From positions 15,438,001 to 15,502,000 of the forward strand of contig JAQFVV010000005.1 in NCBI GenBank assembly GCA_028023455.1: a stretch of 64,000 bases of DNA, in the 5' to 3' direction. The position numbers and the translations under genes are program-made. Of the stretch, positions 13,701-24,670 are shown piece after piece. How positions within the stretch are numbered: position 1 is the first letter of the stretch; each line of letters begins with the position of its first letter. The DNA is from Epiperipatus broadwayi (Eukaryota; Animalia; Onychophora). A model generated the notes under the pieces. The model was given only the letters and a program-made list of their open reading frames with translations, ran no database searches and was not told where the DNA came from.

Positions 13701-14755
13701 CAAAAAGTCAGAAATACTTTTCCAGTATCACACAACTCCAAAACTCCGCAGAATTGTATTTAAACCATTACATTCAAATGGATGCCCTAAAACATATCAC
13801 ATGGCAGTTAAGTGTGGGAGATTGAATTCAAGTTTGATTCTATTCCAACCAAAAATCAGTAGATTAGGCACTCTTAAAAAAAAATTTGGTTTCCATTATC
13901 TCAACAATGGAAACACTCATTCATCAACTTTCTATTAGTGCTATCAAAGAAAAATCAGTATTAATTTCAGATGTTCAAAAATGATGAGGTTAACAACTTA
14001 TACCAGATTTTAGCGCAACATGCTTTTACTTTCCCTATATATCAAACCATCAATAAAACACAAAATCAGCAGGAATGGACTCCAATTCAAGAGATATATA
14101 TCTCCGGGCCCCATTCTAATTCCAAACCTTTACTGGTTTGCCAAATCAAGCAGGAACAACTTCATAGACTTGCGCATCTCCAGGACTGTCCTTTGACTGA
14201 GTATTCATCAATAATCATGGGAAAATTATAATTAAATATTCCCATTAATTTATATATGATCAATGCTGCCCCCAATCAGCATTCTATTTCAGAGCTTTGT
14301 TTCTAAAATAATATATTGAATGGCTGAATGGATTTCTCTCATATCAAAGACTATCAAATATATCAAGAAAGCTTAACCCTTCAGAACAGAAAATCGCTTT
14401 TTTCCGCATAAAAAAGTTTGCAATTTCGACTGCAATAGCGTGCAAACCGTATACGTCACAGTTACAGTTTTTTTTTCGTTCTCTCCGCCATTTTTCTATC
14501 TTTTTGTACGTCTAAAAAATTTTTCTGTGCGATGAAAATTAGATTTTTTATAGCAATTTTTGTAAAGTATGTTATTAAAATTTTATAAATTTCTTTATCT
14601 TTCTAGATTTTATCAACGTATAAACAAAATAACCGCACAAATGGCTTCTTTCGCCGCTGAACGAAATTTTGATTGATTCTGACGAAGACTTTTTTGTTTG
14701 TGTTTGATTCTGAGGTTTCGTCATATTTCACCATTAGCCGTGAGTATTCAATTCC

Positions 14756-14843
14756 TGATCTATTTCATTTATTTTTTATACAAAATCATATATTTGCAGC
14801 TGATCTATTTCATTTTTTTTTATACAAAATTATATATTTGCAC
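14756..14843. repeat. Tandem duplication, 2 x 44 bp
   Basis: CTGATCTATTTCATTT.TTTTTTATACAAAAT.ATATATTTGCA occurs twice. Confidence 0.85.
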
Positions 14844-15176
14844 TGAAAGCAATAGGTATGTTTCAGAGTGAAAGGCATTACCAAAGTGGGTTGGTCTGTC
14901 ACCCGCTGAGTTGAATGCATTTTTTTGTATGATTATTCATGTTTGTAGTATATCACGCATACCAAAACTAAAATTTATTTGGTCTAAAAATGAATATTTG
15001 CATCAACCAGTACTTGCTAACTTGCTAGAGTTATGACCCGAGATCGATTTTTTGGTATTCTAAATAATTTACAATGCCTCCCAATGCTGAATCAACAATC
15101 ATCATCATCATCTCCCACTGATATATAATAATTGCTTGTAATTCCTCTGGGTTATTTATTTATTTTATTTTATTTA

Positions 15177-15706
15177 CTGTTTTTATTCATTTTATTGTAG
15201 ATAAGTTTTTAATTACTTTGAAACATACTTTGCTATTATGGTCTCCTGTGAAATAATGCATAATTTAGCTCACCCTCATGATATTTCAATAATATAGTAA
15301 TTATTTTTTACACCCATAACTTAGAATTTACTATGTTTTTATTCATTTTATTTTAGAAACAAATTTTTAATTTATTTCATCACATACTATGTTTTTATTC
15401 ATTTCATTGTAGATAAGTTAATTACTTTGAAGCATACTTTGCTATTATGGTCTCCTATGAAATAATGCATAATTTAGCTCGCCCTTTCTCCCATGATATT
15501 CCAATAATATAGTATTTTTTACACTCATAACTTAGAATTTACTATGTTTTTATTCATTTCATTGTAGATAAGTTTTTAATTACTTTGAAGCATACTTTGC
15601 TATTATGGTCTCCTATGACATAATACATAATTTAGCTCACCCTTTCTCCCATGATATTCCAATAATATAGTAAGTATTTTTTATCCCCATAACTTACACT
15701 TTACTA
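15177..15706. repeat. Minisatellite, about 155-bp unit x3 plus a partial unit
   Basis: TGTTTTTATTCATTT.ATTGTAGATAAG...CATACTTTGCTATTATGGTCTCCT units start at about 15177, 15388 and 15543. A partial unit starts at about 15332. Confidence 0.9.
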
Positions 15707-16895
15707 AAGTTATTACTGTTATTTTTTTTTTTGATCCACACTAAAACCTTGCATTTCTAATAGATATCCCGCATAGAGGGCCTAGAAAAACAACTGCTTG
15801 CAAAAATTGAACATATAGGCTGGTTAGTAAAAAAGCGAAACTGGACACCTTTTGCCACATTACTCCAACAAACTGTAACTCGGGTAGGTCATGTTATTTT
15901 TTTTTTTCTGCATTTTATGACGAATGTGATGAAGCTGTCTATGAAATTGTAATTTTAGGTTATACATTTCAAAATTGAGAGTTTGTGAACCAATATAAAA
16001 ATAAAAAATTTTAAAATGTGAAAAAATATCCTTTTTTTTTTATTATTTTTTTATGGTAATGACTACTTTATCAGCTTTATTACATTCTTTCATATTTGCA
16101 CTTTATAAAAATGTATACATATTTTTTTATTTATTGTAATAAATAAGACATTTCATTTAAAATTGTATGTCCTGTAATTTTTTCTGGGAATTCAAAATGG
16201 CCATTCAGGCCTCTAAGGGATAAACAGTCACAAATTATATTACCAAAAAAAAATGATCAAATTTCAAATCAAAACTTGTTCATAATGTTGTCTTTGCAAT
16301 GTAATATATTAAAAATAATAATTCAATAAAAAAATTAAAACTTAAAAGTTATTTACATCTTGATAAGGCTCCTTTATGGGGGCAAAATCCGGGTTAAAGA
16401 AATTAAATATATTATTATTATAAAAGTTGTCTGATTAAATAATTTTTTATTGTATTATTATTTTTAATATATTACAAATTATTATAAATGTAGATTGCCT
16501 ATTAATAAGAAGCTGCATTTATTCCATTGTGCCAAAAAAACATTTTGGCCTTTTTTTCTTAAGAAATGGACTGTTATGAGTCTTAGTAAGAAACAATCGG
16601 AAAAAATAGTCTGGAAATTGTGAAATCTGCCCAATACAAAAATAATCTAAAATTCTTCAGTTTCGTAAATCTCTAAATAAAATTAAAAAAATAATTTGAC
16701 ATTTTTCCTTGTAGCTTAAGAGTAACAATTTTCATTTCTAATTGCAAATCCATAATTAGTTTCTAATTTCAGAATGTTCAACATAAAACATGCAAAACTC
16801 ATTATATATATTGCCACACACAGCAAGCTAGAATAATCAATGGATGCCAGAAGGCTTGTGCATAAAATCGCCATCTAGTACCTACTCATCCAATA

Positions 16896-16937
16896 TCCAC
16901 AGACTAGTTTCTGGCTTATGGCCTTCGTCAGTGAGGA
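16896..16937 (-). ncRNA. Minimal type I hammerhead ribozyme motif (family A)
   Basis: UCCUCA CUGACGA aGGCcauaaGCCa GAAA CUAG UC UGUGGA. The core is intact and stem I has one mismatch. Confidence 0.75.
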
Positions 16938-17608
16938 GCCTTGGATCTGAGAGCATTGCATCTAGATCTTAGGATCTAATGCAACCCTCCAGCAACCACC
17001 TTTTATCTCCATTTAACTACAAGACTGAATGTTTTCAATCCAAGCCCATTAGCTTATAGAGTCATATGGGTCTGAACCCAGTTCAATACTCATACATTTT
17101 GGTGTCCTTGGTTCTTTAATAACCATAGCCACCACTATCCTATTAGGCAGGATTGGTTTTAAGCCAATAAACATCACATGACCACCTTTTATGCTTGTGT
17201 ATAATTGTTGTTAAAACAGGCAAAACACTATATATATTGCCACACACAGCAAGCTAGAGTAATCAATGCTGTGTGTGGCAATATATATATATAGTGAGTT
17301 TTGCCTGTTTTAACAAGTTATACGCAAGCATAAGAGGTGGTCATGTGATGTTTATTAACTTAAAACCAATTCTGCCTAATAGGATAGTGGTGGCTATGGT
17401 TATTAAAGAACCAAGGACACCAAAATGTATGGGTATTGAACTGGGTTCAGACCCATATGACTATATAAGCTAATGGGCTTGGATTGAAAACATTAAGGTG
17501 TTTTCAATTTAAGACTCGTAGTTTTGTAGTTAAATGGAGATAAAAGGTGTTTGCTGGAGGGTTACATTAGATCCCAAGATCTAGATGCAGTGCTCTCAGA
17601 TCCAAGCC

Positions 17609-17650
17609 TCCTCACTGACGAAGGCCATAAGCCAGAAACTAGTCTGGGGA
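17609..17650 (+). ncRNA. Minimal type I hammerhead ribozyme motif (family A)
   Basis: UCCUCA CUGACGA aGGCcauaaGCCa GAAA CUAG UC UGGGGA. Stem I is 6 bp, stem III is the palindrome ACUAGU, and the predicted GUC cleavage is after 17644. Confidence 0.8.
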
Positions 17651-20600
17651 TATTGGATGAGTAGGCACTAGATGGGGATTTTATGCACAAGCCTTCTGGC
17701 ATCCATTGATTACTCTAGCTTGCTGTGTGTGGCAATATATAGTGAGTTTTGCCTGTTTTAACAACAGTTATACACAAGCATAAGAGGAGTTGGTCATGTG
17801 ATGTTTAATGTTCACCATAATTAGTGATAACATTTTTTATGAATAAAAGCATTTTCTCTTATACATAATAAGATCGTAACTCTGATATATCAGTTAGATG
17901 GCAACCACTGAACAATCTCGTGATGTAGTGATACTACATCACATCTCCATTCTCATGACCCAGGTTTTCAATGCAGAATGGGTAAAAGAAAAGTCAATTT
18001 TTTTTTTAAAACTCCCATTTAAGCTGAAAATTTTTCTTTCAGAAAGTTGACAAGTCAACAAACTGAATATTGATCAGTAAATATGTACCTACTCTCAGCG
18101 AAGACCCAACCTCAATACCCAATAATCAGAAAGCCTAATTGTAATGTGTTTGTCACTAATCCTCTAAGAGGGATTATTAGATCTGAGCTACTGATTTACT
18201 ATTGGATACTTGATTGACTATTAAAAACAAATATCCTGAAAAACATCTAAAAATAAAATAAAATTGAATACTGTACTTCATACCTCTAGCAAAGATGACC
18301 TGCAAAATAAAAATGTATGGAAGGGATAATTTTGTGTATACATAAACTGTAAGTGTATTAATAAATATACATTTAATAAAGTGTAATGCAAACAATTTCG
18401 CATACAAACAAAAACATTTATTTTAATTAAATCAACTTAATTTTAAAAGTAGCAATTTTATTTATTAGGAAAAAAAATCTTTATGCTTATGCAAATAAAG
18501 CAGCAAGTTAGATAAGAATTACACCTACATTTAATTGAACAACTTTCTGATCAACTCATACAAATTATTTTGAAAGCAAGTTAAAATAACTGCTAATGTG
18601 AAAGATGTCTTTAAAACAATTAATTGTAAATTTTATGCAGTAAATAACTTTTTTTTTATGTCCGGCTTAAGGTCACTGGTATTAATAAGAATATCTGATA
18701 ACATGAATCTTCAATTTGAATACATAAAAAATCCCTTTATGCCTTAACTACACGTTATTTAATTTTATATTTACCATTGTTTATTCCAAAACAGAATTAA
18801 AATTATACCTTAAAAAATCTATACATAATTGAGCTTCCTTTCAAAATTTGGTAAATTAATTCCAATCAATAAATAATTCACACAATTTTTCATTATAAAT
18901 CCTATTTTACTTTATGAACCAAATCTATATACACACGCGGTACCTACACATACATTTCGATCATTTACGATAGCTGCACAGAAAAAAACCTTGAAAATGA
19001 CAAGATAGACGAAACATAGGTGGTGTAAAATAATGTACTGTACGTGAAATTGGTTCATAAAATGATTTATAATGAAGAAATTGTGATTTATTTATAAATT
19101 GAGTCTATTGATCTTTCAAATATTTTTTCTCATTAAATGTAAAATTAATTTAACTCCATAAACACCCCAACCAGACTATATAGCAACAACTATTGTTGGT
19201 TGTAAAAAAAAAATGATTCTCGAAACCGGACTGAAGCATTCTTCAAAAATTATATATCGAAGCAGTTTAGCTGCTCAATTATCCCTATCTTATTTTTGTC
19301 TTGTTACCGATTTTAATCTTAGATATATACCATTGACTGTCCCCATTAAGAATTTGTTTCCCCAATCTTCCCTATTTCTAAAATTTCAAGGTCCATTCTT
19401 TCTCAACATTTATATTCTTGATACATGTAAAAACTTTGCCAAATTCTGTCAACCCCACCCCCCTCACGCTACGTGTTGAGAATCTTTCCTTCCAAGTAGT
19501 ACTTAGTCGAAAAACAGTCTTCAATTATCTTTTCTGAAGCATACAACTTCTCAATTAATTTTTATTGCAAAAGTTTATTACGCAAGTTTCAAAAAGCATT
19601 AAAATATATCTAAGCTTTTAAACTAATCACGTCATGGTCCTAAAATAGCAATGATATAATCACACTCGACATGGACTTTTTTTTTCTAAATGGGCAGAAA
19701 ATACCCCCCCCCCCTCCCATTCTATCGATTAGTATCAAAACAAAGTCTTTAACACATTAAACAGGACACAAAAAAACATTTCCTTATGGTCTGATGTCCA
19801 TAAGTTGTTCAACGCATAAATTATTAAATCGTTAACAAAAAATTATTTCAAAATGTTAGCTTTAACTATCACTAGTTAATTTTCGTAGGAATATAAATAT
19901 TTAAAGTCGTAATATATATACTTAATAAATAAATAAAAACTTAATCAGGTTAGAATTAAGTATAAAATTAAGTTTTTTCGTTAGTTTTTTTATATAAAAG
20001 TTTAATAATTTAATCATGTTTCATTATTTAAATAATGAAAACAAAGTTGTGTATAAGATGGAAAGAACGAAGCAAGCCTTTCGATTATAGTTGAGTCATA
20101 GATGAAAAAATTCTCGGAAAGTGGATAAGGCAAAAAAAAAAAGGAGGGGGGGGTATTTAAAGTAATAAACAAGATCAAAAAATACATAAATGCGCAGTAT
20201 ATTACGAAAATTTATAAATGCCGTAAACATTTTAAACACACCTCTCTATTTTAAGTGAAAAATTTATTATAACTTACCTATTCCCAAAAAATATAATACA
20301 AAATTTACAACTCACTAGGAAAGTTTGTTTACGAAATAACCACGAACAAGACCTACGGCACAAAAAAAAATTAACTCTGAACAAAAGATTTATAAAATTT
20401 TGAAGCATATTTAGTTAATGAAACTTTAAAATACTGCCGATCATTTCCTGTTTCTGTTCTAAATTAAATTAATATATATAGCTATAAAACATGGCAATTT
20501 ATAGCGCTCTTACTTAATAGTCAACTTTTCAACAATTACTAACATAAAAAAAAAAATCACAGAGAATCAGCTATTTCAGGAATTAACGTTTAGATACGAC

Positions 20601-20999
20601 TTGACGGGTAAAAGAAAACTTGTTTTGAAGACACTTCTAAAAATAATTTATCAATCACTTGTCCTCAATACGGTTGACAAAAAAATATATATACAATTAA
20701 TAAATAGATAACGATATATATAAAAAAAAAAACTTCTATTGACCGGCGAAAAGCAGACAACGTCAAAGGCCAAAGTTCAAATTTCTTAAAGCCAGAATGC
20801 AATGCGCGAGCGCCATGATGAGGAAAATAGAGACGTTAATAACTTACCAAAATTTGTATGAAAAATTCAATATGTAATCCTCTCCATCCGTGGTCAAAAT
20901 TCCTCAATCCATCACAATTAAGATTTTAACTGCACATTTTAACAAATTACGATGTTGCACAACAATATTTTTTTTCAAATAATCTATAAGTAATGATAC

Positions 21000-21159
21000 G
21001 TTATTCCTAATGTACAGAGATAAATTCACACACACGGAAAATGGCGGTCCCACAATACAATAACTATTGCGTCTGCGCGCATAAATTAACCTCGTTTGAA
21101 AATCAAGCTAACGCCTAGCAATAATACAATCCATTTTCTTATTGGTTGAGCTTGTAAAG
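21000..21159. promoter_or_regulatory. Probable bidirectional promoter of NOC4L
   Basis: YY1-type AAAATGGCGG at 21038-21047, TGCGCGCA at about 21075 and ATTGG at 21141, inside a visibly CpG-retaining zone (about 18900-21100) in a CpG-poor background. Confidence 0.55.
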
Positions 21160-21291
21160 ATGGAGGTAGAGCATGGCCTGACATTAGTAAATCAACCATT
21201 TTCCAAGTCATATTTAATAGATAAAACAAAGGCTATTATTACAAATCGTAAAAATTCTAATGATCTATTAAATATAATTGCTTATTCAGAG
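21160..21291 (+). CDS. NOC4L: Nucleolar complex protein 4 homolog, coding exon 1
   Basis: MEVEHG...KTKAIITNRKNSNDLLNIIAYSE followed by GTGAGT, phase 0. It resembles the human N-terminus LEAVLASRSEANAVFDILAVLQ (recalled from memory). Confidence 0.75.
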
Positions 21292-21619
21292 GTGAGTTTA
21301 AATAATGCTTTTGGATCTTATATAAGTTAATCACTACTTACTTTAAAATATTTTTTGTTGTTTTAGATTTGGACCTTTTAATTTGAAATCATTTTTATTA
21401 TTAAAATATTTTATTTAACTTTATTCGTCTATTTGAATCAGATCTTGCAAATGAATTTTCTACCACTTCCGCTGAATTATTTATTTTAAATTTTGCGTAC
21501 ATATTCAATATTGATTACAATGCAATATTCTATTGTAATTTAATATTCAATTTCAAAAACATTGTCACGATTATGACCAAATAAATTTGATTCGGTTCGT
21601 AGATATGCCCTATGGATAG

Positions 21620-22240
21620 AAAGTTAATATAGTAATTGAACATGGAAATAAATATAACAAAAAAAAAAATGTATTGGATAGACATAATGGAATATAATAT
21701 TACAAGATGGACAACGAATTGAAAAGTATAAGGAATATAAGTATGTATGTATGAAGCTAACATAAAGGGGAATAACAGGTGAAGCTCTAAGAGAAATAAA
21801 TGTATTGGGACTAAAAAACTATAGTAATATTAAATGAAATATTGTGATATCAGAATATATCAAAAGTCAATAAACGAATATATCATATAGTGAAAAGTAT
21901 CATTACATGCGGAAGTGATTATTATCGTAGATCTTTAGGAAGGTCAATAAAAATTAAAAAAAGAATTTAAGACATAAGGAATATTATAGTTGATAACATC
22001 AAATCAAAACGATTTGCATGGTTCGGACAAATACCGAGAATGTTATAAGAAAGATTACCAAAACAAATATTAAACTGGATACCACCAGGAAAGAGAAAAA
22101 GTAGTTGCTCAAAAAGGATTTGGGAAGATGGAATAGATAAAGAAATTACAAGCAGAAATTTGCAGGGAACTTTATGAATGAACAGAGAGGCATTGAGAAT
22201 TAAATCATAGTCTCATAGACTGATAAGAGAAAAAATAAAG
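21620..22240 (+). mobile_element. Decayed 3' end of an RTE-like LINE
   Basis: WFGQIPRM...LNWIPPGKRKSSCSKRIWEDGID, the typical WxPxGKRxxGRPxxxWxD C-terminus. Confidence 0.65.
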
Positions 22241-22731
22241 TCAAATTTATGGACATTAATTTGTGCTGTCATACCTATCATAAAATGAAATTAATATTTT
22301 AAGAAAAACATTTATTTCTATTATTAAATATATATATATTTGTAAGGAAAATTGTATGATAATAATAAATACATATTGTATAATTAATGGCAAATCTGTT
22401 GGAAGTGGGGGGAAAATAAGTTGCAAAATATATTTTTAAAATTTAGGAGAATCTGTTCAGTGGGATTAGAAGAAAAATAAGTTGCAAAATTTGACCTAAA
22501 AAAAAAGTGGAGGAAAGAAGTTAAATAAAATTGTTTTAAAATTGCATCTGTTGTCAGATGACAAGGGAAAAAACTTTTCAGATATGAAGTTAATTGAAAC
22601 ACAGGCTTGTTATATACCTGTGGCTAAATATATGTAATATAGGGTATATGAGCACAGACTTTCACACCACCCACCTCTATCTAATAACACTGATACACCT
22701 AAACACATATATGCTGAAAAGATAAATAATC

Positions 22732-22775
22732 ACCAATATACATATTTCATGCTAAACCAGCAATCATCAGTTGGT
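22732..22775 (-). ncRNA. Type I hammerhead ribozyme motif (family B)
   Basis: ACCAA CUGAUGA uUGCUgguuuAGCAu GAAA UAUGUA UA UUGGU, with a CpG-type change in stem III. Confidence 0.75.
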
Positions 22776-23319
22776 CCAGACTATCATCTTTACACACATA
22801 TATGGTATAAGTGCTCAGATATATATTAAGATAGACTATCCTCATAGTTTAATGGACAGGCTTCAATCCACTCCACACTCCTCAACCGTCCATCCAATTG
22901 AAAATCTGATGATGGAATGCTCAAAGGCCACCCTGAGGCCGAGATTATTGTCACACCCATGTTGAGCTAAGGTCAATCTGAACCCCACATGTACAGGACA
23001 TAATCCATTTAATACATATGCAAGGATGGGCAGACATCTCTATAATGTTTCAGTTATTACATTATAGAGATGTCTGCCCATCCTTGCATATGTATTAAAT
23101 GGATTATCTCCTGTACATGTGGGGTTCAGATTGACCTTAGGTCAACATGGGTGTGACAATAATCTTGGCCTCAGGGTGGCCTTTGAGCATTCCATCATCA
23201 GATTTTCAATTGGATGGACGGTTGAGGAGTGGGAATGTGGAGTGGATTGAAGCCTGTCCATTAAACTATGAGGATAGTCTATCTTAATATATATCTGAGC
23301 ACTTATACTATATATGTGT

Positions 23320-23485
23320 AATAATTTACTAAAGCTGTAACCTTAGAAATAAGCGTCTGAAAAATACGAAGGCAGGGACCTCTATAGGTCCCTGCCTTCG
23401 TATTTTTCAGACGCTTATTTCTAAGGTTACAGCCTTGGTAAATTATTACTTAATATAATAATGGGCGTTTAATAAAATTTATAAT
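23320..23485. mobile_element. Nested hairpin insertion (62-bp arms, 4-nt loop)
   Basis: Arms 23320-23381 and 23386-23447 match at 60/62. TSD TACTATATATGTGT at 23306-23319 and 23486-23499. The left arm of family B shows the empty site. Confidence 0.9.
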
Positions 23486-23517
23486 TACTATATATGTGTG
23501 TAAAGATGATAGTCTGG

Positions 23518-23561
23518 ACCAACTGATGATTGCTGGTTTAGCATGAAATACGTATATTGGT
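23518..23561 (+). ncRNA. Type I hammerhead ribozyme motif (family B)
   Basis: ACCAA CUGAUGA uUGCUgguuuAGCAu GAAA UACGUA UA UUGGU. Stem III is the palindrome AUACGUAU, and the predicted AUA cleavage is after 23556. Confidence 0.8.
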
Positions 23562-24429
23562 GATTATTTATCTTTTCAGCATATATGTGTTTAGGTGTAT
23601 CAGTGTTATTAGATAGAGTGGAGAGAGGTGGGTGGGGTGAAAGTCTGTGCTCATATACCCTATATTAGATATGAAGTTATAAATTTATCTTTCAGTACAT
23701 TCCGTAGAGTATTTGATATTATTTATTCAATATATGTGATAAATATCTAGGAAAATGTATACTCTGTTATTGTGCAACTTTATTTATAAATTTATATTTA
23801 GTAATAGGAAAAAATATTAATACTGCAAAGATGAATGCTTTAAGAATGCTGAATAAGACTACTGGAATATGGAAGGAAACAGCCACACAGCGGAAAAGAT
23901 TAGAGAAACAAGTTAGAAGTATTGTGAAAAACATGGCAATGAAGATGAAGAAGTAAAGCATAAGCGAGTTCAACGACGCAAATCTTGCTAAAGGAAATGT
24001 CTAATCAACATGAGGTTAGACTGGCATGTGTTCGACAAAGAATCAAACAATTGAGGGCTAAAAAATCATTTGAATGTGAAGCCCAGTTGGAACAAGTTTA
24101 CTTACATTACTCACAGCAATTGCAGGTACTTAGTGCTGAATGTCATACATTTAAGATTGCTCTCAATACATTCTGCAATCTTATGTGGTAGATATATTGC
24201 AAACAATATAATAATGTATAGAGTTTACACCATGCTCTCGAATTGTGGGTTAAAAGATACAGTCCAAAAGGAATAGATCAAATTTATAGTATTAATTATA
24301 GAGTTCACTTATTTCTTTTAAAAATTTTGAAAAGTATATTTGAATGAAAAATTCTTAAAAGTAAAAAAGTGGTTGTAAAAGATCCAAACCTTAAAAAATA
24401 AAATATAGTATAATAAAAAAAATGTTAGC

Positions 24430-24670
24430 GATTTTATCTAACTTGTTCAATAATGCATTAACAGATAAAAATATTTTTTCCTTCTACCAACAATTTTGAT
24501 ATTTATATGTGATGTTAAATAAAATTTTGAATTAATCAATCGGTGTTTTTTGAGCATCTCGTGATTTTCTTTAAAGTCTCATATAATCATTGAAATTGTA
24601 GTACAGTATAAGGAAAAGATATTTTTTACCTGAGAAGCATTATTGATCAAGTTATAAATAAAATTATTTT
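24430..24670. mobile_element. MITE-like element, copy 1
   Basis: Long terminal inverted repeats (AACTTG.TCAATAATGC / GCATTATTGATCAAGTT). Same ends and similar length as the copy at 25410-25662. Confidence 0.65.

Larger units (their letters stand above)
14377..16219 (+). mobile_element. Internally deleted piggyBac-like DNA transposon
   Basis: Left end TTAA|CCCTT and right end AAGGG|ATAA (one mismatch to TTAA). An acidic N-terminal-like segment MASFAAERNF..DSDEDF lies near 14641 and a Cys-rich C-terminal-like remnant at about 15770-15950. The TIR similarity is only partial. Confidence 0.45.
16781..17806. mobile_element. Family A fold-back element (hammerhead-bearing, retrozyme or non-autonomous PLE-like), locus A1
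   Basis: Minus copy 16781-17267 and plus copy 17268-17806 form a palindrome with a loop at 17252-17266. Each arm is one monomer (about 426 and 454 nt) plus terminal redundancy. Candidate TSD AATGTTCA at 16773-16780 and 17807-17814. Confidence 0.85.
16495..21050 (-). ncRNA. Candidate spliced, probably non-coding transcript divergent from NOC4L
   Basis: Minus-strand donors TTG|GTAAGT (20848) and TAG|GTAAGT (20278). Candidate exon 20278-20352, 16-nt micro-exon 18284-18299 (TTTTGCAG / GTATGA), acceptor TTTTATTTAG at 16672 and AATAAA at 16517-16522. The ATGs in exon 1 open only 2-6 codon ORFs. Confidence 0.35.
22593..23666. mobile_element. Family B fold-back element with a hammerhead in each arm
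   Basis: Near-identical arms 22636-23048 and 23059-23667 with a 10-nt loop. TSD AGATATGAAGTTA at 22580-22592 and 23667-23679. Confidence 0.9.

Noticed and set aside
15177-15706. Regularly spaced repeats as a CRISPR-like array
   Set aside because: The units are contiguous with no unique spacers, and the context is eukaryotic.
16781-17806. ORF 17273-17473 and other short listed ORFs (e.g. 22771-22965, 19213-19479, 44142-44420)
   Set aside because: No recognisable domains. They lie in repeats or AT-rich DNA, where ORFs of 60-100 aa arise by chance.
20848-20915. In-frame TGA at codon 3 read as selenocysteine
   Set aside because: No SECIS-like AUGA...GA motif in the predicted last exon and no selenoprotein similarity.
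21367-21400. Acceptor TTTTAG close behind NOC4L exon 1
   Set aside because: It gives IWTF* immediately. The homology-supported exon 2 is at 42664.
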